64,000 nucleotides of DNA from Acidimicrobiia bacterium UBA5794 (GTDB lineage: Bacteria; Actinomycetota; Acidimicrobiia; Spongiisociales; UBA5794), in NCBI GenBank assembly GCA_002418265.1, contig DIDS01000009.1:58764-122763 (forward strand). Reading direction: 5' to 3'. The translations under genes were made by a program, and so were the position numbers. This document shows, piece by piece, positions 9,560 through 18,925 of the stretch (positions are counted from its first letter, which is position 1; the number at the start of each line of letters is the position of its first letter). Below the pieces are notes generated by a model. That model was not told the origin of the DNA, did not search any database, and saw only the letters and a program-made list of their open reading frames with translations.

Positions 9560-10591
9560 TCAGGAGTCTTTCAGGTACGCGGCGATGACATCCGTGGTTG
9601 CTTGATAGCCGAGGACCGAGTTGCGTGGTTCGAACCCAATCTGCATGTTGATGCCGAGCATGGCATCGTTGGATTTGGCATTCTCGGTCTTGATCCGAAC
9701 CGCTCCTGGCCAGCGTTCAACACCCCGAAGAATCGCTGTGGCCTTGATCCACTTGCCAAGGGCGTGCCCTCGGTGATCTCGGTGAACCATGGTCAGGGTT
9801 GTTTGCATCGTATCGGGATCCGAGAACCGGTACAGCAATTCGGTGAAGCCAACAAGCTCACCGGATTCGAGATGGCGTACGACAACGGTGATGAACTCCA
9901 TCACGTTCTTCGCCTTGGCGATCCAGTCACGGACATCATCCGCCGATGTTGCGAATGGCTCCATGTCGAGGTCCTCCATCGGCATGTCCTCGTCAGCCAT
10001 GACGTTCAGTTCGGCAATCGCGCCGTAGTGCTCTTCGGGGTAGTCGTCCTCCCAGATGAGGACCTCGTATCCCGGAGCGCGACCCCGTCCCTCGGAACGC
10101 CATCGCTCAAGCATGTCGATATCGAGAGCGTCAACATCAACAATGTTGATGTGCTCGCGAATTCCGATCTCGGCATGGACAGCTTCAGAGAACGCCACCC
10201 CAGCTGGCATCGACTCGAACGTGTCAACGGTCACCACGGTCCGCCCATGAGCGACCGCCATCTCGAGGGCTTTGGCAAGAAGAGCCTTGCCGACACCTGA
10301 GCGTCGATGCCCAGGATCCACGAGGAGCTGCAGCCATTGCAGATGGGCATTGGAGCCATCGGTGAAGTGGGCAGGAATGACCAGACCGATGACTGCCCCG
10401 TCTGAATCAGTCGCCACGAAATGCCACACCGTCATCGTTGGTCGATCTGCTCGCGATCGATAGTCCGCAACCGTCATGGGGCGATGATGTGGATTCAGTT
10501 CCTCCCACACCGTGTTGTACAGCGGCATCATCACCTCGGCGTCTTCATCGCTGGTCAGTGGAAAGATCTCGTGCAGGACGTGTTCGGTCAT
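9560..10591 (-). CDS. tandem-GNAT N-acetyltransferase (MshD/mycothiol synthase-like architecture)
   Basis: Two GNAT cores (HRRSGVGKALL and HRDHRGHALGKWI) in one roughly 340-aa protein. Start chosen at MTEHV; the track gives 10648. Confidence 0.7.
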   Translation of the reverse strand: MTEHVLHEIFPLTSDEDAEVMMPLYNTVWEELNPHHRPMTVADYRSRADRPTMTVWHFVATDSDGAVIGLVIPAHFTDGSNAHLQWLQLLVDPGHRRSGVGKALLAKALEMAVAHGRTVVTVDTFESMPAGVAFSEAVHAEIGIREHINIVDVDALDIDMLERWRSEGRGRAPGYEVLIWEDDYPEEHYGAIAELNVMADEDMPMEDLDMEPFATSADDVRDWIAKAKNVMEFITVVVRHLESGELVGFTELLYRFSDPDTMQTTLTMVHRDHRGHALGKWIKATAILRGVERWPGAVRIKTENAKSNDAMLGINMQIGFEPRNSVLGYQATTDVIAAYLKDS

Positions 10592-10642
10592 GGCGTACCT
10601 CGACGGGAAGGCGCCACACGATAGCGTGCCCATACTTGGGGT

Positions 10643-12391
10643 ATGCACCAGATTTCGCTTGAAGCCATCGACAAGGCATATCCCGAGACCGTTGTCCTCG
10701 AAGGCGCTTCACTCTCGATTTTGGCTGGTCAAAGAATTGGGCTGATCGGCCAGAACGGGTCTGGCAAGTCAACGCTCCTTGGGATCATCGGTGGATCTGT
10801 GGAACCAGATGGGGGCGAAATCGTCCGAGCATCTGGCCTGCGGGTCGCATCCCTGGCCCAGGATCCGACCTTTCCGACCGGGTCCACCGTCGAAGATGCG
10901 GTGTCCTTCAGCCGCGAAGCCATCTCGCTCGCGGACAGGCTTGGCCTCAAGGAGCCAACGAAGCTCGTCGCCGAGTTGAGCGGCGGTCAACGCAAGCGTC
11001 TCGCCCTCGCCGTCGCCCTCGCCACCGACTGTGATCTGCTCATTCTTGATGAGCCGACCAACCATCTCGATGTTGACACGATCGATTGGCTTGAGGACTA
11101 CATCGAGGGACTCACATCGACACTGCTCCTCATTACCCACGACCGATATCTGCTGGACCGAGTTGTTGACACCATCGTTGAGGTGTACGACCACAAGCTC
11201 TATCCACACCGTGGCACGTACGGGCAGTATCTCGAGGCGCGAGCGGCAAGGGAAGCCATCGAGAATGCGAATACGAAGCGGCTCAAACAGCGAATCAAGA
11301 CCGAGCTTGCTTGGCTCAGAAAGAGCCCAAAAGCACGAACGTCGAAATCTCGCCAACGAACCACACGGGCGACCGAGATTGTGGACGCTGGCCTGCCACG
11401 ACAGCGCCCGGAACTGGTCATGACGTTCCCCCCTCGACGAATCGGCTCAAAGGTCGTCAACCTCCACAACGTGGGCAAGACATACGGTGACCATGTTGTG
11501 CTGCAGGGAATCACCCATCTACTCCCTCCCGACGCACGGATCGGCATCGTCGGGCCGAATGGGGCAGGCAAGACCACATTGCTTGCCCTCATGGCGCAGA
11601 GGATTGAGCCGGATACCGGAAAGGTCGTGGTGGGTTCAACAATCGTGCCAGGTTGGTACGGACAGGACCCAACGCCGATTCCTCCCGAGACGAGGCTGAT
11701 CGATGCAGTCCGGGATCACGCCGATGAGGTTCAGATCACGGACCGCAAGACAGCGACGGCAGCGAAGCTCCTTGAAATGTTCCAATTCACACACGAGCAG
11801 CAGCAGTCAACCGTTGGCGATCTTTCCGGCGGAGAGCGAAGACGGCTCGAACTTCTGTTCGTGTTGATGGGGACACCGAATCTCCTGCTCCTCGACGAAC
11901 CGACCAACGATCTGGATCTCGATACGCTGCACGCCCTTGAGGATTACCTCGATGGATGGCAAGGAGCCATGGTCGTGGCAAGTCACGACCGCTACTTCCT
12001 TGACCGTGTCTGCCGCGACATCTTCTCGATCCAGCCAGACGGCAGCGTCCAGCACCATCCCGGCGGCTGGTCGGCATACTGGACCGATCGGCAGAATCTC
12101 AACGATGCGCCGACCGATCGAACGACCGCGACAAAAACCCGACCGAAGGCGCCGCGAACCAAGCTGACGTTCAACGATCAAAGGGAGTTGAAGCAGCTGA
12201 CCGCACAGATCCCACGACTCGAGGCCGAGCGTTCAAGGCTTGAACACGATCTCGCCGGGGCAGGAACCGACATCGACGAGGTCAGCCGACTCGGCGCCGA
12301 GCTCGCCACCACCATCACCACCCTCGACGCCGCAGAAACCCGCTGGCTCGAGTTGACCGAACTCGCAGAGAAACTTTCCGATGACCGATGA
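10643..12391 (+). CDS. ABC-F family ATPase (Uup/EttA-like, two ABC domains plus C-terminal coiled coil)
   Basis: Two Walker A motifs (GQNGSGKST, GPNGAGKTT) and two signature motifs (LSGGQRKRL, LSGGERRRL). No TM domain. The stop codon lies inside a GACCGAT repeat. Confidence 0.85.
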   Translation: MHQISLEAIDKAYPETVVLEGASLSILAGQRIGLIGQNGSGKSTLLGIIGGSVEPDGGEIVRASGLRVASLAQDPTFPTGSTVEDAVSFSREAISLADRLGLKEPTKLVAELSGGQRKRLALAVALATDCDLLILDEPTNHLDVDTIDWLEDYIEGLTSTLLLITHDRYLLDRVVDTIVEVYDHKLYPHRGTYGQYLEARAAREAIENANTKRLKQRIKTELAWLRKSPKARTSKSRQRTTRATEIVDAGLPRQRPELVMTFPPRRIGSKVVNLHNVGKTYGDHVVLQGITHLLPPDARIGIVGPNGAGKTTLLALMAQRIEPDTGKVVVGSTIVPGWYGQDPTPIPPETRLIDAVRDHADEVQITDRKTATAAKLLEMFQFTHEQQQSTVGDLSGGERRRLELLFVLMGTPNLLLLDEPTNDLDLDTLHALEDYLDGWQGAMVVASHDRYFLDRVCRDIFSIQPDGSVQHHPGGWSAYWTDRQNLNDAPTDRTTATKTRPKAPRTKLTFNDQRELKQLTAQIPRLEAERSRLEHDLAGAGTDIDEVSRLGAELATTITTLDAAETRWLELTELAEKLSDDR

Positions 12392-12445
12392 CCGATCTCA
12401 GAAGTCAGAAGTCCGGAATCCAATGACCGGCACCTCTCGGTCATC
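12380..12445. repeat. heptamer microsatellite locus C plus inverted GACCG hairpin
   Basis: gatgaccgatgaccgatctcagaagtcagaagtccgg, followed by aatgaccggcacctctcggtcatcgg (inverted tgaccg/cggtca). Confidence 0.8.
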
Positions 12446-12508
12446 GGTCTTCGGTCGTCATGGCCTTGGCGGCGGTAGGGTTTCGTTCACACGGGAAGGC
12501 AGGTACAC

Positions 12509-14497
12509 ATGGATGATCCGATAGTTCCGATCGTGTCGCCGGACGACACAGTATTCGATCCCGAGGACATGGACCCTGACGCATCGCCAGCAACCGACTT
12601 TTGGCGATGGGCAAACGGTGGTTGGTTGGACCGCAACCCTGTACCTCCGGAGTATCCAATGTGGGGTGCATTCCTCGAACTCCATACCCGCAACGAAGAG
12701 ATCGTTCACACACTGCTCAAACAGGCAGCGGACGCCGGCGCCGCCGTCGGCACGGTCGATCAGAAGATCGGTGATTTCTATGCGTCTGGTATGGACACCG
12801 ATGCGATCGAAGCGACCGGGATCGAACCGATCCAACCATGGCTCGACCTCATCGAGGGAATCGACACGGTTGATGACCTCCGAACCGCGTTCACCGAGCT
12901 CAACAGGATCGGTGCATCCGTCGGCTGGAACTGGCACGTCGAACCGGATCGCTCCGACTCAACCCAGAACCTTCTCTACATCGCACAGGGCGGACTCGGC
13001 CTGCCAGACCGCGACTACTACTTTCGTGACGATGACCGCTCACAAGCGCTCGCCTCGGCGTATCGCGACCATGCGACAGCGATGTTCGAACTCCTCGGCT
13101 GGCCCTCTGAGGAAGCCAGCACTGCAGCCGAAACCATTTGGAAGATCGAATCGCGACTTGCTGAGGCTTCCAACACTGCTGTCCAACAGCGTGATGTCCA
13201 AGACACGACCAACAAACTGACCACAGCCGAGGTCGCCGACCTCACGCCGACTGTGATGCTCAACGATTGGCTGGAGGCAATCGGTGCAGGTCAGGAAGCG
13301 GCCGTCAACATCGACAATCTCCGGTTCTTCTCCGAGCTTGACACGATGTTCAACGAGGTCCCCATCGACGACTGGAAAACCTACTGCACATGGCACCTCC
13401 TGGTGTCGACAGCGAGTGGCCTTCCAAGCCGATTCGAGGACGAGGCCTTCAGCTTCTGGGGTGTCAAGGTTTCCGGTCAGAAAGAGCAGAAGCCGCGCTG
13501 GAAGCGTGTCGTATCAGCGGCCGGGGGCAGCATCGGTCATTTGGTGGCTCAACTCTATGTACGCGAGCACTTTCCACCGTCTGCCAAAGAACGGGTTGAG
13601 GATCTCGTTGAAAGGATCCTGGTTGAGATGCGCAAGAGCATCGAGACCGTCGATTGGATGGGTCCTGACACCAAGAAGCAGGCACTTGAGAAGCTTGAAG
13701 GATTCGGCTACAAGATCGGGTATCCGGACAAGTGGCGTGACTATTCATCCCTTTCCATCTCAAGGGACGCCTGGCTTGCCAACCGCCTGGCGGCCCGAGT
13801 GTTCGAGTTCGAGCGCAACATCAACACGCTTGGCAAACCCATCGATGAACACGAATGGTTGATGCCTCCCCACATCGTCAACGCCTATTACTGGCCCGAG
13901 CGAAACGAAATCGTGTTTCCCGCTGGCATCCTCCAACCACCCTTCTTCGTTGCCGAGGCTGACGATGCCGTGAATCTCGGTGGGATCGGTGCAGTGATCG
14001 GCCACGAGATCACACACGGCTTCGACGACAAGGGGTCGTTGTTCGATGCCACCGGCCATCTTCGCAATTGGTGGACCGACGATGACCGGGCCGAGTTCGA
14101 GGCGCGGGCCAAGGTCATCGCGGAGCAGTTCAGTGCCTATGAGATCGAGGACGGCTTGAACATCAATGGCGATCTCACCCTCGGTGAGAACATTGCCGAT
14201 CTCGCTGGTCTCACCCTCGCGTTCGGCGCACTGCGCCAGATCCTCGACGAGAACGGCGCCGATCTCATCGGCGGGCTGACACCCGAGCAGCGGTTCTTCC
14301 TGTCCTATGCACGCATCTGGCGCATGAACGCAACACCGGAATACACACGCCTCATCGTCAACTCGGATCCCCATTCGCCAGCCGAGTTCCGGGTCCGAGG
14401 ACCGCTGTCGAACATGACCGAGTTTGCCGATGCTTTCAACCTCCCCGATGACTCCCCCACGATGCGACCGGTGGATGAACGGGCCAAGGTTTGGTGA
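12509..14497 (+). CDS. pepO: M13 family zinc metalloendopeptidase (PepO/neprilysin-like)
   Basis: HEITHGFD zinc motif, ENIADLAGL motif, 662 aa. Confidence 0.9.
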   Translation: MDDPIVPIVSPDDTVFDPEDMDPDASPATDFWRWANGGWLDRNPVPPEYPMWGAFLELHTRNEEIVHTLLKQAADAGAAVGTVDQKIGDFYASGMDTDAIEATGIEPIQPWLDLIEGIDTVDDLRTAFTELNRIGASVGWNWHVEPDRSDSTQNLLYIAQGGLGLPDRDYYFRDDDRSQALASAYRDHATAMFELLGWPSEEASTAAETIWKIESRLAEASNTAVQQRDVQDTTNKLTTAEVADLTPTVMLNDWLEAIGAGQEAAVNIDNLRFFSELDTMFNEVPIDDWKTYCTWHLLVSTASGLPSRFEDEAFSFWGVKVSGQKEQKPRWKRVVSAAGGSIGHLVAQLYVREHFPPSAKERVEDLVERILVEMRKSIETVDWMGPDTKKQALEKLEGFGYKIGYPDKWRDYSSLSISRDAWLANRLAARVFEFERNINTLGKPIDEHEWLMPPHIVNAYYWPERNEIVFPAGILQPPFFVAEADDAVNLGGIGAVIGHEITHGFDDKGSLFDATGHLRNWWTDDDRAEFEARAKVIAEQFSAYEIEDGLNINGDLTLGENIADLAGLTLAFGALRQILDENGADLIGGLTPEQRFFLSYARIWRMNATPEYTRLIVNSDPHSPAEFRVRGPLSNMTEFADAFNLPDDSPTMRPVDERAKVW

Positions 14498-14533
14498 GTC
14501 TGACGTCAGACGTCAGAAAGAGAGCTGAAAGCT
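14498..14533. repeat. palindromic CAGACGT repeat plus GCTGAAAGCT motif (locus D)
   Basis: gtctgacgtcagacgtcagaaagagagctgaaagctg. GTCTGACGTCAGAC is a perfect 14-bp palindrome. Lies between convergent pepO and the nfu-like gene. Confidence 0.8.
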
Positions 14534-14551
14534 GTGAGCCAAAGTGCGTCG

Positions 14552-15187
14552 TTACTTCTTCGCCTGCTCGTAGTACGGGTTCTCGCCTTGGGCGTGGTCG
14601 GTCACGTCGACCACCTTTTCGATCTCAGGTACCAGGTTGACGATCGTGGACTCGATGCCCTGGGACAACGTAACACTCGCCATCCCGCATCCAACGCAAC
14701 CGCCACCGAGGCGAACATACGCCGTTGACTCCTCGACAGCCACCAGCTCGGCACGACCTCCATGTGATGCGATTGAGGGGTTGATCGCTTCATTGATGAC
14801 CTTGATGACGTTCTCGGCAACGGTTCCCGTCAGATCACCCTGCACCATGCCCGCCTTGATCGCGGGACTCGGTGTGTTCGGATTCTGGATTGCCAGGCCG
14901 GGCTTGAGAAGGTTCTGTGACTTCGCCAGTCGGGCCCCCTGAAGATTGGCGACGTCCGCCTCCGAAACGATCACCGGAAGTGAACCGTTGTCGTAGATCA
15001 GATCGGTATCGAGAGCCGAATCCACGCGCATGAATGCCGTACCGTACGTGAAAACGCCATCGCCGACCCCACTGATCGATATGACAAGACCCAGATCATC
15101 TCCATCATCCTCCCGCGCCCGGATATCGAGCAGCATCGGAAGAACGTCTTCGTCGATGGAAACAATCGGATCGGGTACCTTGGGCAT
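14552..15187 (-). CDS. NifU-like Fe-S cluster assembly protein (Nfu N-terminal domain plus C-terminal CxxC domain)
   Basis: C-terminal Nfu domain with GGGCVGCGMASVTL, N-terminal Nfu_N-like domain. Start taken at MPKVPDP. The longer track ORF to 15619 overlaps the divergent ATP-grasp gene. Confidence 0.6.
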   Translation of the reverse strand: MPKVPDPIVSIDEDVLPMLLDIRAREDDGDDLGLVISISGVGDGVFTYGTAFMRVDSALDTDLIYDNGSLPVIVSEADVANLQGARLAKSQNLLKPGLAIQNPNTPSPAIKAGMVQGDLTGTVAENVIKVINEAINPSIASHGGRAELVAVEESTAYVRLGGGCVGCGMASVTLSQGIESTIVNLVPEIEKVVDVTDHAQGENPYYEQAKK

Positions 15188-15241
15188 CTCCCCATGGTAC
15201 GCATCGGAAAGCTCATACCGTGACGAGTGCATCATGGCGTC

Positions 15242-16498
15242 ATGGAAACCGTCGTCATCGTTGCCAGCTGCGAAAGCTACCGAACGGGTGATTTCATTGC
15301 TGCCGCCCGTGCACAGCGTCTTGCCGTTGTGGTTGCGACCGATGCGGACTCGCCCTTTGACACCCACGTCGACCAAGTCGTCGAGATAGATCTCGACGAT
15401 GTGGCTGGCGGCGCGGCAGCGATCGCCACGGCTGTACCCGATGCTGTTGCCGTCGTTGCGATCGACGATCAGGGTGTCAGGGTCGCCGGTGCGGCAAACG
15501 CAGCACTCGGTCTCAAGAGCAACCCACCATCGAGTATCGACGCCACCCGTGACAAACTCGTCATGCGGGGTCTGCTCGCAGCGGCTGGAGTCTCGCAGCC
15601 GGGTTTCACATCCGTGCAACCGGGAGATCTGCGTCGATGTCTTGAAGAGGTGGGCTTACCGGCAGTCGTCAAGCCGACGACTCTTGCCGCATCACGCGGG
15701 GTGATCCGTATTGACGACATCGCGCGGGCCGATGAGATCGAGCGCCGCGTCCGAAACATCGCGTACCAGGGCGGGATTCCTCCGACCGAGTCCCTCATCG
15801 TTGAGCAGTACATCGCGGGTGACGAGATGGTTGTCGAGGGGATGATCGTCGATGGCTCACTTGAGGTGCTCGCTTTGATCGACAAACCGGTGCCACTGGT
15901 CGGACCGTTCTTCGAAGAGACGATGTTCGTTTCACCCTCACGCCAATCCGACGCGGTCCAGGAGGCGGTCATCCAGGTGGTCGCGGAAGCCGTTGAGGCG
16001 ATCGGCATCGTCACCGGACCGATCCACGCCGAGATCAGAATCGATGAAACTGGAACACCGTTTGTCATTGAGGTTGCCGCCCGATCAATCGGCGGCCTCT
16101 GCGGGCGGGCGCTGACGTTTGGGCTCCTCGCTGAACCACTTGAAAGTGTTGTGATCCGCAGCGCAACGGGGCGAACAGCAATCGAGCAACCCACCAGGCC
16201 CGCAACCGGTGTGTTGATGCTGCCCATCCCGGGGGCGGGGCGCCTTACCGACATCGAGGGAGTCGACGCGGCCCTTGCTATCGAGGGCATCGACGCCGTC
16301 GACATCACGATTCCGATCGGGCGCTCGGTCACACCGCTCCCCGAGGGTGACCGCTATCTCGGGTTTGTGTTTGCAACCGGGTTGACACCCGATGACGTTC
16401 AGCACGCCCTCGCTCGCGCCGCGGCGGTCATCGAGCCCGTGATCGACGGAGAGTACGTCGAAAGCGACGGACAGTCAGAGGCAGGAAAGTTGGGCTAG
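15242..16498 (+). CDS. ATP-grasp domain protein (carboxylate-amine ligase-like, function unknown)
   Basis: Pre-ATP-grasp plus ATP-grasp fold blocks (LPAVVKPTTLAASRGV, EQYIAGDEMVVEGMI, IHAEIRIDETGTPFVIEVAARS). Start at METVVIVAS. Confidence 0.65.
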   Translation: METVVIVASCESYRTGDFIAAARAQRLAVVVATDADSPFDTHVDQVVEIDLDDVAGGAAAIATAVPDAVAVVAIDDQGVRVAGAANAALGLKSNPPSSIDATRDKLVMRGLLAAAGVSQPGFTSVQPGDLRRCLEEVGLPAVVKPTTLAASRGVIRIDDIARADEIERRVRNIAYQGGIPPTESLIVEQYIAGDEMVVEGMIVDGSLEVLALIDKPVPLVGPFFEETMFVSPSRQSDAVQEAVIQVVAEAVEAIGIVTGPIHAEIRIDETGTPFVIEVAARSIGGLCGRALTFGLLAEPLESVVIRSATGRTAIEQPTRPATGVLMLPIPGAGRLTDIEGVDAALAIEGIDAVDITIPIGRSVTPLPEGDRYLGFVFATGLTPDDVQHALARAAAVIEPVIDGEYVESDGQSEAGKLG

Positions 16499-16506
16499 AA
16501 CCGGGG

Positions 16507-17040
16507 TCAGAAGTCAGAAGTCAGACGTCAGAGTCGGTTCAAACCCGTCCCCCCGGTCTTGCGGGGGGACGCGGAGCAACGCATGCACAGCAGGCGCTGC
16601 GTAGCAGGGGGGCGTCCCAGCCTGTCGCAATACCAGAGCCCCCCTGCCCCTCGCTACGCTCGGCGCGTCCCCCCGCAAGCGGGAGGACGGGAGAAGTCAG
16701 AGTCGGTTCTAAACCCGTCCCCCCGGTCTTGCGGGGGGACGCGGAGCAACGCATGCACAGCAGGCGCTGCGTAGCAGGGGGGCGTCCCAGCCTGTCGCAA
16801 TACCAGAGCCCCCCTGCCCCTCGCTACGCTCGGCGCGTCCCCCCGCAAGCGGGAGGACGGGAGAAGTCAGAGTCGGTTCTAAACCCGTCCCCCCGGTCTT
16901 CCGGGGGGACGCGGAGCAACGCATGCACAGCAGGGGTTGCATAGCAGGGGGCGTCCCAGCCTGTCGCAATACCAGAGCCCCCCTGCCCCTCGCTACGCTG
17001 TACTACCCAAACCGTCCGCCTGAAGGGGGGACGGGGGTTG
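16507..17040. repeat. heptamers plus 3 tandem copies of a 170-bp GC-rich hairpin-rich REP/MITE-like element (locus E)
   Basis: tcagaagtcagaagtcagacgtcagagtc, then units starting at 16528, 16697 and 16867 (period 169-170). Contains hairpins gtccccccggtcttgcggggggac and cgtccccccgcaagcgggaggacg. Copy 3 is diverged and supplies the CFA synthase C-terminus. Confidence 0.9.
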
Positions 17041-18255
17041 GGGCCTCTCGAACAGGATCTGATAGCCGTCGATGCGCCCCGTTCGGAACCCCGCCTCGCA
17101 ATACTCGAGGTAGTAGCGCCAGATGCGGTGGAAGGCCTCATCGAACACCGGGTCTTGTGCCACAATGTCGGGCCACGCTGCCTCAAAACGTCTCGCCCAT
17201 TCGTTGAGGGTCGCGGCATAGTCGTGACCGTGGCTCGCGGCCGACACCCACGACAGACCGGCCGCAGACGAAAGCTCCTTGAGCACCGAAAGCGACGGCA
17301 GTGCACCACCCGGAAAAATATAGGTTTTGATGAAATCTCGATACTTGAGCAGTGACTCGTAGAACCGTTCGTCGATTGTGATCACCTGCATCGCTGCCTT
17401 CCCTCCCGGAGGAAGGGCACGCGAAATCGCATGGAACAGCGGTGGCCAATTCGTCTCATCCACCGATTCGATCATCTCGATCGACACGACCTTGTCGTAC
17501 ATGGCCTGTTCGTGTCGGAAGTCCTGCAGCTTGATCTCCGTGCGATCGTCGAGTCCCGCTGCAGCAAGCCGTGCACGGGCATACCTGGCGTGTTCGGTTG
17601 ACAGGGTCAGCCCGGTCACGTGCACGCCGTATCGGCTCGCGGCATGCTCGGCGAAGCCGCCCCATCCGCACCCGATTTCGAGGACGCGGTCGCCCTCGGT
17701 CAGCTCGAGTAGCTGGCACAAGCGGTCGTATTTGCGTTCCTGGGCAGTCTCGAGGGAATCGTCAGGAGATTCGTACAACGCGGATGAATACGTCATTGAC
17801 GGGTCGAGCCACATCGCATAGAACTCGTTGCCGAGGTTGTAGTGGTCGGCCATTTCGTGGATTGCATCGCTTCGTAACTGCTGCGGGCGCTTGTCCCAGA
17901 TGTCGCGCAGGCGGTGCACCCACGCCCGGGACAGCAGAGCGTCGGACCGGGCGTCAAGATTGGCCGCTCCGACCTCGAGAAGTGTCGCCAGATCATCCGT
18001 TGTCCAGAAGCCATCGAAATAGGACTCCGCAAGACCGACCGAACCTTTCTTGATGAGCGATCTCAACATGCCCATCTCGTCGGCCACCGATATCGATGCC
18101 TGCGGCCCTTCACCGAATCCGACGAACTTGTCCGTGGTTGAGTCGGACCACCTGACGGTCAAGGTCCCGATGGTTAATCGATTGAAGATGCGGCGAAGGA
18201 CGTTTCTCGCCACCGACTGCGTCGTGTTTCCCACGGTGCAACCTCCCCTGTGCAC
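16993..18255 (-). CDS. cfa: cyclopropane-fatty-acyl-phospholipid synthase family SAM-dependent methyltransferase
   Basis: SAM motif VLEIGCGWGGFAEHAA. 420 aa with CFA/CMAS-type N- and C-terminal blocks. Confidence 0.85.
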   Translation of the reverse strand: MHRGGCTVGNTTQSVARNVLRRIFNRLTIGTLTVRWSDSTTDKFVGFGEGPQASISVADEMGMLRSLIKKGSVGLAESYFDGFWTTDDLATLLEVGAANLDARSDALLSRAWVHRLRDIWDKRPQQLRSDAIHEMADHYNLGNEFYAMWLDPSMTYSSALYESPDDSLETAQERKYDRLCQLLELTEGDRVLEIGCGWGGFAEHAASRYGVHVTGLTLSTEHARYARARLAAAGLDDRTEIKLQDFRHEQAMYDKVVSIEMIESVDETNWPPLFHAISRALPPGGKAAMQVITIDERFYESLLKYRDFIKTYIFPGGALPSLSVLKELSSAAGLSWVSAASHGHDYAATLNEWARRFEAAWPDIVAQDPVFDEAFHRIWRYYLEYCEAGFRTGRIDGYQILFERPQPPSPLQADGLGSTA

Positions 18256-18290
18256 GGGTACCGCTCCATCCGAAGATACTTGTTTGCCTG

Positions 18291-18418
18291 AAGACCGAGT
18301 ACCGATTACCGATTACCGACTTCCGACTTCCGACTTCCGACTGATGATCGCCGAAGTCCAACATCCCGCGTTGCCTCTTCTTTCCGGTCGGTCATCGGTC
18401 GTCGGACTTCGGACCTAG
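18291..18418. repeat. heptamer microsatellite locus F (ACCGATT/GACTTCC variants, contains an inverted copy)
   Basis: accgattaccgattaccgacttccgacttccgacttccgact...ttccggtcggtcatcggtcgtcggacttcggacc. ggtcatcggtc is the reverse complement of gaccgatgacc. Confidence 0.75.
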
Positions 18419-18427
18419 GCTCAATGC

Positions 18428-18850
18428 ATGCGTGACTCGACCGTCAAGTGGCTTTCTCGACTCCATTCCGGCATCTATCGGTTCACCGGTGGCCGTATCG
18501 GAACCCGGCTGGTCGACAACGACATGTTGCTGCTCACGACAACCGGGAGGACAACCGGGTCCCCGCACACCGTTCCACTCCTCTATTTGATGGATGGCTC
18601 CGATGTCATCGTGATCGCCTCATACGGCGGGCGACCAAGCGATCCGGACTGGTATCGGAACCTCCTCGTCGACACGACTGGAGAAGTACGCATCGGTGCG
18701 GTCTCTCACACCGTCCATGCGACCACCATGGACGACAACGAGCGAGACGAGTGGTGGCCTCGCATCGTGCATGCGTATTCGGAATATGAGACGTATCAGG
18801 CACGAACCGATCGTCAGATTCCGGTCGTCAGACTCGCCGCGACCGGCTGA
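18428..18850 (+). CDS. nitroreductase-family deazaflavin(F420)-dependent oxidoreductase (DDN-like)
   Basis: 140 aa with the typical blocks HSGIYRFTGGRIG, LLLTTTGRTTGSPHTVPLLY, VVIASYGGRPSDPDWYRNL. Confidence 0.8.
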   Translation: MRDSTVKWLSRLHSGIYRFTGGRIGTRLVDNDMLLLTTTGRTTGSPHTVPLLYLMDGSDVIVIASYGGRPSDPDWYRNLLVDTTGEVRIGAVSHTVHATTMDDNERDEWWPRIVHAYSEYETYQARTDRQIPVVRLAATG

Positions 18851-18860
18851 GAACACGAAC

Positions 18861-18885
18861 GGGGGTGACCGGAATGGCCACCCCC
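18861..18885. terminator. candidate intrinsic terminator hairpin
   Basis: gggggtg-accggaatggc-caccccc, followed by gtaatgagtt. Sits immediately after the DDN-like stop. Confidence 0.4.
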
Positions 18886-18925
18886 GTAATGAGTTCCCGT
18901 CTCTGTCCTTGCTGTGTCCTCGACC

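Noticed and set aside
9615-9640. GGTTCGAACCC T-arm-like motif as a possible tRNA
   Set aside because: It lies inside the GNAT coding region with no flanking acceptor or anticodon stems, so it is coincidental.
14552-15619. Full 355-aa minus-strand ORF as the NifU-like gene
   Set aside because: Its N-terminal 140 aa overlap the divergent ATP-grasp gene and are Cys/Arg-rich and off-frame-like. The start was trimmed to MPKVPDP.
16499-17040. CRISPR array, considered for the regularly spaced GC-rich repeats here and at 59483-59810
   Set aside because: The whole 170-bp or 114-bp unit repeats head-to-tail, with no short constant repeat alternating with unique spacers. There are no cas genes. Copies occur in inverted orientation elsewhere. 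This behaves as a tandem REP/MITE-like element instead.
16539-17309. Track ORFs inside the tandem repeats (16539..16754, 16559..16774, 16654..16848, 16709..16969, 16729..16944, 16824..17309)
   Set aside because: They are pairwise near-identical because they sit in successive repeat copies and overlap one another on both strands. They arise from GC-rich repeat DNA, not genes.
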